In this document: one piece after another, positions 58,312 through 64,000 of the stretch
Numbering within the stretch: the stretch's first letter is position 1
Layout of the letters: the number at the start of each line of letters is the position of its first letter
IMG/VR virus record: IMGVR_UViG_3300014204_000019
Origin: an uncultured virus (IMG/VR IMGVR_UViG_3300014204_000019)
Lineage: Duplodnaviria; Heunggongvirae; Uroviricota; Caudoviricetes
Strand: one strand, 5' to 3'
DNA: 64,000 nucleotides
Program-made: the position numbers and the translations under genes
Notes under the pieces: generated by a model
Database searches by the model: none
Told to the model about the DNA's origin: nothing
Seen by the model: only the letters and a program-made list of their open reading frames with translations

Positions 58312-58554
58312 ATGCGACAAAAACTCATCACGCATTATCAACTTGCATCTCTTACAGACGTGCAGATGGAAAAAACAAAAGCAAAAAAATCAGAATCTAT
58401 CAATCGACAAAGAAAAATAATCGCAATCCGTATACTTGATCAAATCTCTGAAATATCCAACATTGACCGTGCAAGCGTGTTATCGTGTCATGATGTGGAT
58501 ATAATCGCATATAACAATAGTTTGAGAAGAAAGGCGGAAAAATATGGATTATAA
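58312..58554 (+). CDS. hypothetical protein
   Basis: GGAGG RBS; downstream of the sigma54-type promoter. Confidence 0.7.
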   Translation: MRQKLITHYQLASLTDVQMEKTKAKKSESINRQRKIIAIRILDQISEISNIDRASVLSCHDVDIIAYNNSLRRKAEKYGL

Positions 58555-58735
58555 CGATCTATGTCAACGGGCGTTTATTGATGCATCTATCATCTTGGGT
58601 ACGTCCATCATGATATGTGTGTTTGTGCTGTTTTGGTGATTTTGGATTTCTCATCGTATCATATAATATGATGATACGATGAGGAACCTTGGATTAACCA
58701 AGGATTTCATTAACTTATCTGGGAGACAAAAAATC

Positions 58736-59263
58736 ATGACAAACACAAATTCCGAAAAAGTAACCGAAAAAACGCTAAACATTTCGAGTGCGATTGATTT
58801 CAAAACGCTCGATATTCCGTATGAAGCAACTCAAACCACCGTTGAATCGTCCGCTTCGAACGGATTGAAATCCTGTGATAAACTCATCATTATATATACG
58901 CGTGCTGCCGGCAAAAAGATTTATGGTTCGAAAAAGGACAATCTCACACCGGACAAGTACGCTATATCACAGGTTGAATCATACTTGCGTGCCATATATG
59001 ACAGTTCCGATGCAAGCGGTGACGAGGAAAAAGATGCTGATATGTCTTTCGAGGACTGGCGGAATAAACTTGCGTTTCAAAGATCACAAGCGATCCTCAT
59101 GCAACGTGCGAGGACACAAGCATTGAAAATCGAGAATACGAATACCGATAATGTCATCGCAAGTTTAGATAGCATGGCCCAAAGCGGAAAACTCGATCTT
59201 GCTGCGATCGAGAAAATGCAAGCTATGATTGATGCGGCGAGAAAACTTGCTGCTGTAGCGTAG
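58736..59263 (+). CDS. hypothetical protein
   Basis: start placed at ATG 58736 after GGGAG (ORF track start 58679); flanked by hairpins. Confidence 0.7.
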   Translation: MTNTNSEKVTEKTLNISSAIDFKTLDIPYEATQTTVESSASNGLKSCDKLIIIYTRAAGKKIYGSKKDNLTPDKYAISQVESYLRAIYDSSDASGDEEKDADMSFEDWRNKLAFQRSQAILMQRARTQALKIENTNTDNVIASLDSMAQSGKLDLAAIEKMQAMIDAARKLAAVA

Positions 59264-59479
59264 TATCATTTTTTTTTCAGCGTTGAACAAAGGGCACGAT
59301 TTTTATTAATCATGCCCTTGATTGAACGTTGAAAAAAATATTACTTTTTGGTTGTATTACTGACACTATGGAGTATCGGGCGCCAAAGACTGTTCAGTCT
59401 GTTGCGCTTTTTGATACTGATATCATCTTTTTGTATTATTTTGACGGCACATACAGTGTGTACTTTCACGACGATTATA

Positions 59480-60250
59480 TTTCTTTGATCCCTAGCGATC
59501 TCTAGCTAATCTAACATACCACGTAACATATTATTATCCTATATGATACGTGGTATTTTTTTTCTTTATTTTCTTTTTGAAATCAATTATCACATCCATT
59601 ATCAAAATACTTATCATACTTTCTATTTTCTATTTTCTATTTTCTATTTTCTATTCCGCTGTATCTTTAGATATCATTTCAATCGATCTTACATTTCATT
59701 ATCATATTATATTACGTTGTACTTTTTGAAATTAAATTTCATTATCATAATACATTTCTTGAAATTAATTTTCATTACGCCTATTATGATTTTACATTTC
59801 ATTATTATATAACGCTATATGATTTTACATTTCATTATCGTTGTGGTATATTATTTATTATTTCCTAACATATAATATTTTGTAGTATCCTATATCCTAT
59901 ATCCTATATCCTATATCCTACTTCTTATATTATCAATGATCCTATTACGCAATATCTTATTATGTATTATCCTACTTCTTATATTATCTTATATCTAATG
60001 TCTTATATTCTATTTCTTATATTATCATATATTTTATTTTCTGTTTAGAAATCGTGTGCGTACTGGAAACTTGGGGGTGGATAGCCCCCTAAAATTATCT
60101 TCCTAATTTTCTACATCATACTTTATCTCTAATATATATTTTATTATATTTTATTTTATTTTATTTTATTTTATTATATTTTATTTTATTTTATTATATT
60201 TTATTATATTTTATTTTATTATATTTTAAAAATCTATAAAATAAAATTTC
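59480..60250. repeat. G-depleted low-complexity repeat region, candidate genome end/packaging region
   Basis: (TTTCTA)n, (TATCCTA)x5, (TTTTA)n, 20-21-nt direct repeats, GGGGG-N7-CCCCC at 60073-60089. Confidence 0.6.
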
Positions 60251-60482
60251 ACTTTTTTTTCTGTTTGAAAAATACAAAATATTCTATAAAAATAGCGTAC
60301 TTGATCGAGCTTTAAAACACGTTGGTACCATGGAAGAAAGAAAGATTATTTATTAAGCAAGATGTATGAGAATTCCCGCGGAAAAGCATCATTTTACTTT
60401 AATCTTATATACTTATAAGTATAACATATAATGGATAGCACAAAATAGCACAAAATAGCACAAAACACATTCAAAAAATCTC

Positions 60483-60511
60483 TTGACTTTCCCTTTAAAC
60501 CATGTTATCAT
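60483..60511 (+). promoter_or_regulatory. sigma70-type promoter upstream of terminase genes
   Basis: TTGACT-17 nt-TATCAT with extended TG. Confidence 0.75.
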
Positions 60512-60545
60512 TAATATTAGGTGAGACTCCTTAGTTAGATAGAAT

Positions 60546-60655
60546 AAATAAAGGTGTGAGGTTTTTTATTTTCTTTCCCTTTAAAACCTCTAAAATCCTC
60601 CATCGTCCGTTAACAAACAAAAATAAATCTCACACCTTTATTTCTTTCTTTTTTA
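60546..60655 (+). terminator. leader terminator-like hairpin between promoter and terS
   Basis: 15-bp IR AAATAAAGGTGTGAG / CTCACACCTTTATTT followed by a U-rich tract. Confidence 0.6.
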
Positions 60656-60699
60656 ACGTTATTTATTTTTTTTTGTTTTCTTGTTTTCTTATTTAAAAA

Positions 60700-61305
60700 A
60701 TGGGCCGACATCCTTCTGGTAATACACCTCCACAACAACTTCTTCGTGTAGAGTCGAAGCATAGAGAAATTATGCGCCGACTTATTGCAGGGGAATCTAA
60801 TAAAAAAATCGCAACAGATTTAGGGATGTCGGAAACTCGTTTAAGCATCGTGCGAAATTCGCCATTATTCCTAAAAGAATATAAGAATCTCGAAGCAGAA
60901 GTAAAAAGTCGTTTTCTCGATTCTGCCGCGAAAATTCAAGAAAAAATAAATAATCTACAAGAACCAGCAATCGACATGCTTGGGAAAATTCTCACCGAAA
61001 AATCTGTAGATGACATGCGTGTTACACCGATTCTTAAACATCAAGTTGCTTTGGATATTCTTGATCTTGGCGGGAATGGAAAAAAGAGAATCGAGAATAA
61101 CAAAAATGATGCAATTAATGATGTTATTAAAGTAATAAGTGATGGTTTCGAACTCGCAAAACAAGCTATGAGCGAAAAGTTAAGCCATAATGATAATAAT
61201 ATAAAAGATAACATCAAGGAAAAAAACGTTGAGGATATCGAGTTCGAGGATATAACAAGTCAAAATCTACTTGAAGATGATAAACAACTTGCTAATATAA
61301 TTTAA
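60700..61305 (+). CDS. terminase small subunit (putative, N-terminal HTH)
   Basis: GESNKKIATDLGMSETRLS HTH; immediately upstream of TerL. Confidence 0.65.
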   Translation: MGRHPSGNTPPQQLLRVESKHREIMRRLIAGESNKKIATDLGMSETRLSIVRNSPLFLKEYKNLEAEVKSRFLDSAAKIQEKINNLQEPAIDMLGKILTEKSVDDMRVTPILKHQVALDILDLGGNGKKRIENNKNDAINDVIKVISDGFELAKQAMSEKLSHNDNNIKDNIKEKNVEDIEFEDITSQNLLEDDKQLANII

Positions 61306-61318
61306 GACGATAATAAAT

Positions 61319-62935
61319 ATGTCATCTTCATTATCAACTATTTCAAACTCAGACTTATCCGAACTTATTCGTACTCAAAGCACCTACGCTTTTAATTCTG
61401 AAAAATTTCTCTTTGATGTTCTTAAATTCAAATGTGTAAATTGGCAATCTCAAGCATGTTACGATTACGATACAAAAGGTAAATGTGCATGGTCTACCGG
61501 ATCTGGGGCAGGAAAAACAGCACTTCTAGCACGTTTAGCACTCCATTTTCTATACACTCGACCGTATGCTATTATTCCCTGTACAGCACCAACAAAAAAG
61601 CAACTATATAACGTTCTATGGGCTGAAATCGGACGTGCAATGTCCGAATCACCAATTATTCAATCACTCTTTGAGTGGCAACAAGAACGTATATTTTTTA
61701 AATCGCAAAAAGATAAGTGGTTTGCTGTAGCAATAACTTCTACACCACCGAAACCTGGTGCAATGACTACAGAATCACTTCAAGGTTATCATGCTGAAAA
61801 TATACTTTTTATCGTTGATGAATGTTCAGGCATATCCGATCAGGTAATGGGTGCTGCTGATGGTGCTATGTCTACACCATCCTCGCGTGCTATATTAGCA
61901 TCAAATCCTACACGAAATACTGGGTATTTTCATCGTGCAATGACAAATGACGTGCTCAAAGATCTTTGGTCGCGTATATTTGTAGATGTAGAGAAGATTG
62001 ATGCATTATATATCGATAAAACATCAATCGAACGACTTAAATTAATATATGGAGAAAATTCTGATTATTTCAGAATGCGTGTCCGCGGACTTCCGCCAAG
62101 AGCAGAATTTAATGCTCTGGTCTCACCAGAACAAATATTTGAAGCGCATAGACGTATAATAGAAAGATCCGGACAAATTTATTGCGGTTGTGATCCTGCA
62201 CGTTATGGTGATGATGATACTGTAATTTACATTCGTGATGGTAATGTCATAATTGAACGTGCATGTATTCATGGTCAATCCACTGTACAAGTCGTTGACA
62301 CGCTCATCGCTTTAGAAAATACATACAACTTTCAAGAAATCCGTATTGATATAATTGGAATTGGTTCTGGCGTACATGATGATTTAAAACGTCGTCTTAA
62401 AGAGAAATCTTACAAAGTGCGTGGTGTAGGTGTTGGAGAAGAAGCAAACGATAAAAATACATTTTTTAACAAACGCGCGGAAATAGTTTGGCAAGTACGT
62501 ACGATAATCGATTCACTATCAATTCCAATAGAAACACCACTTCTTGATGAAGAACTTTCTGTAATACACTATGGTTGGGATTCTAAAGATAAACGAATAA
62601 AAATCGAACCAAAAGATGAAACAAAACGTACGCTTAAACGTTCTCCAAATGACGCGGATGCACTTTGTTTAGTTTGTGCGAATCTTCTTACTTCGACTGG
62701 AATTGTAACATCTGAGTATTTTAAAATCGGTTCTACGAATCCACACGATGAGAATTTAATAAATGTGGTAAATAATATAAAAAACGACGGTGAAAGACCT
62801 AGAGCCGCATTAGATTTAGCTACCTTTCTCGGTAATAAAAGTGGGAAAGTGGGTTCAAAACGTTATAGTGAATTTTATTCTGACACAGAATCGAATAGTT
62901 TTGGTTTTTCGAATTCGTTTGGGGATTTTAATTAA
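61319..62935 (+). CDS. terL: terminase large subunit
   Basis: GSGAGKT Walker A, FIVDE Walker B, ASNP, GCDPARYGDD nuclease, SPNDADA. Confidence 0.93.
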   Translation: MSSSLSTISNSDLSELIRTQSTYAFNSEKFLFDVLKFKCVNWQSQACYDYDTKGKCAWSTGSGAGKTALLARLALHFLYTRPYAIIPCTAPTKKQLYNVLWAEIGRAMSESPIIQSLFEWQQERIFFKSQKDKWFAVAITSTPPKPGAMTTESLQGYHAENILFIVDECSGISDQVMGAADGAMSTPSSRAILASNPTRNTGYFHRAMTNDVLKDLWSRIFVDVEKIDALYIDKTSIERLKLIYGENSDYFRMRVRGLPPRAEFNALVSPEQIFEAHRRIIERSGQIYCGCDPARYGDDDTVIYIRDGNVIIERACIHGQSTVQVVDTLIALENTYNFQEIRIDIIGIGSGVHDDLKRRLKEKSYKVRGVGVGEEANDKNTFFNKRAEIVWQVRTIIDSLSIPIETPLLDEELSVIHYGWDSKDKRIKIEPKDETKRTLKRSPNDADALCLVCANLLTSTGIVTSEYFKIGSTNPHDENLINVVNNIKNDGERPRAALDLATFLGNKSGKVGSKRYSEFYSDTESNSFGFSNSFGDFN

Positions 62936-63018
62936 TTTTTCTTTTTAAAGAAAAACACGTTAAAAACACTTAAAAAATACTTAAAAAATACGTTAAAAAC
63001 ACGAAAAGGAGCACAATA

Positions 63019-63483
63019 ATGGGAATTATAAACAAAACCCGCGGAAAGTCAATGTTTGGCGATTATGATCTTATATCTCGTCCTGATATAGTCATTCGTC
63101 GTCGTGTTACTACGATCACAGCAACACAGCTTAAAGCATTAAACACGACACCGTTAGCAATAGTACCAGCACCTGGTGCAGGAAAAGTAAATGTTCCAAT
63201 GAATATATTCGCTAAGTATGTTTTTCTTACAACAGCTTTCACCGGATCAAATAATCTTGAATTTCGTTATACTTCTTCAAATGGTGCGAAAGTTTCCGCC
63301 GATATCGATGCTGCATTTTTACTTTCTGCGTCTGGAACAAATTATCGTAATGTTAATGCGGTTGTAACGGAACAAACTCCTGTTGTAAATGCTCCGATTG
63401 TGATAGACACACCAAGTTCAGACTTGGCTCAAGGTCTTGGATCATTAACGGTTCAAGTATTTTATCGTACTTTAACTGTATAA
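63019..63483 (+). CDS. putative virion protein
   Basis: AGGAG RBS; beta-rich, TP..IVPAPGAGK motif. Confidence 0.55.
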   Translation: MGIINKTRGKSMFGDYDLISRPDIVIRRRVTTITATQLKALNTTPLAIVPAPGAGKVNVPMNIFAKYVFLTTAFTGSNNLEFRYTSSNGAKVSADIDAAFLLSASGTNYRNVNAVVTEQTPVVNAPIVIDTPSSDLAQGLGSLTVQVFYRTLTV

Positions 63484-63513
63484 AACCTATTATATAATAT
63501 TGAAAGTAACAAA

Positions 63514-63699
63514 ATGCCAGCCGCTGATAGAATAAATTTAACCGAACAAACATCATGTTCACTTATTTGTGCAGTGTGTAAAAAACCTGTTTTTTTATCA
63601 GAAAAACATACTTGCGTTGATGATTTAATGCTTCAATTTTCAAAAGAGAACGAAAATAAAACTATTTTAAATTTAAACGCTAAAACTGCCGAGGAATAA
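63514..63699 (+). CDS. small Cys-containing hypothetical protein
   Basis: CAVC...HTC. Confidence 0.45.
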   Translation: MPAADRINLTEQTSCSLICAVCKKPVFLSEKHTCVDDLMLQFSKENENKTILNLNAKTAEE

Positions 63700-63707
63700 T
63701 AAATATT

Positions 63708-64000
63708 ATGCTACAATCCAATCTTCAAATCGCTTTAGATAAAATCAGATCTCGTAAATTTTCTGATGCTGATGTATCTTCTATTGAAGCACAGCTTGAA
63801 AATCATGAAAAACCATCCGATGTTATAGGACTTCGTGGTGGTATAGAAGTAATGTTGAAGAATTCCTTGAATAATGAAGTTCTTCTTCATGAAAAAGGTA
63901 AAAACGTCGTACTATACGTTGGACGTTCTTGGCTTATGCAAAAAATTGCATCCGCGGCAATGGATTCTACCGTACTTATAAATGCTAATATAGTAATTGG
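63708..64000 (+). CDS. partial ORF truncated by the window end, probably a virion protein
   Basis: hand-translated MLQSNLQ...LRGGIEVML...KNVVLYVGRSWL; no stop before 64000. Confidence 0.6.
   Translation, partial: MLQSNLQIALDKIRSRKFSDADVSSIEAQLENHEKPSDVIGLRGGIEVMLKNSLNNEVLLHEKGKNVVLYVGRSWLMQKIASAAMDSTVLINANIVI

Noticed and set aside
59543..59812. 89-aa ORF
   Set aside because: Translation of low-complexity repeats with no RBS; likely spurious.
1..64000. Prophage/integration module or stop-codon reassignment
   Set aside because: No integrase, repressor pair or host genes were seen, and genes are full-length and densely packed under the standard code.

Overview
This AT-rich window is most or all of a circularly permuted tailed dsDNA phage genome with a siphovirus-like layout. 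The + strand (about 1-26.3 kb, continuing from 60.7-64 kb) carries terminase, portal, XkdF-like protease/scaffold, decoration protein, major capsid, connectors, tail tube, a tail chaperone with a -1 frameshift, tape measure, LamG-containing tail proteins, tail tip and lysis genes. The - strand (26.5-57 kb) carries two glycosyltransferases, an HNH, nucleotide-metabolism genes (NDT-like, ThyX, Nmad1/MazG-like), a DUF3987 ATPase, a UDG-PolA fusion, DUF669 SSB, an AAA_24 ATPase, a Cas4-like nuclease, a split RecD2, an SNF2 helicase and many small early ORFs. A mostly non-coding control region lies at 57.1-60.7 kb. I saw no integrase, tRNA or CRISPR array. Top findings: (1) all three glycosyltransferase genes sit directly behind a NUMOD4-HNH endonuclease gene or an apparent remnant of one; (2) the palindrome CCGCGG occurs at least 30 times; (3) divergent sigma54-type promoters have enhancer-like and IHF-like sites; (4) a ~520 bp nested inverted-repeat structure; (5) RecD2 is split across two distant genes; (6) an SNF2 helicase is fused to a papain/C39-like domain. 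All family calls come from motif recognition by eye, not database searches.
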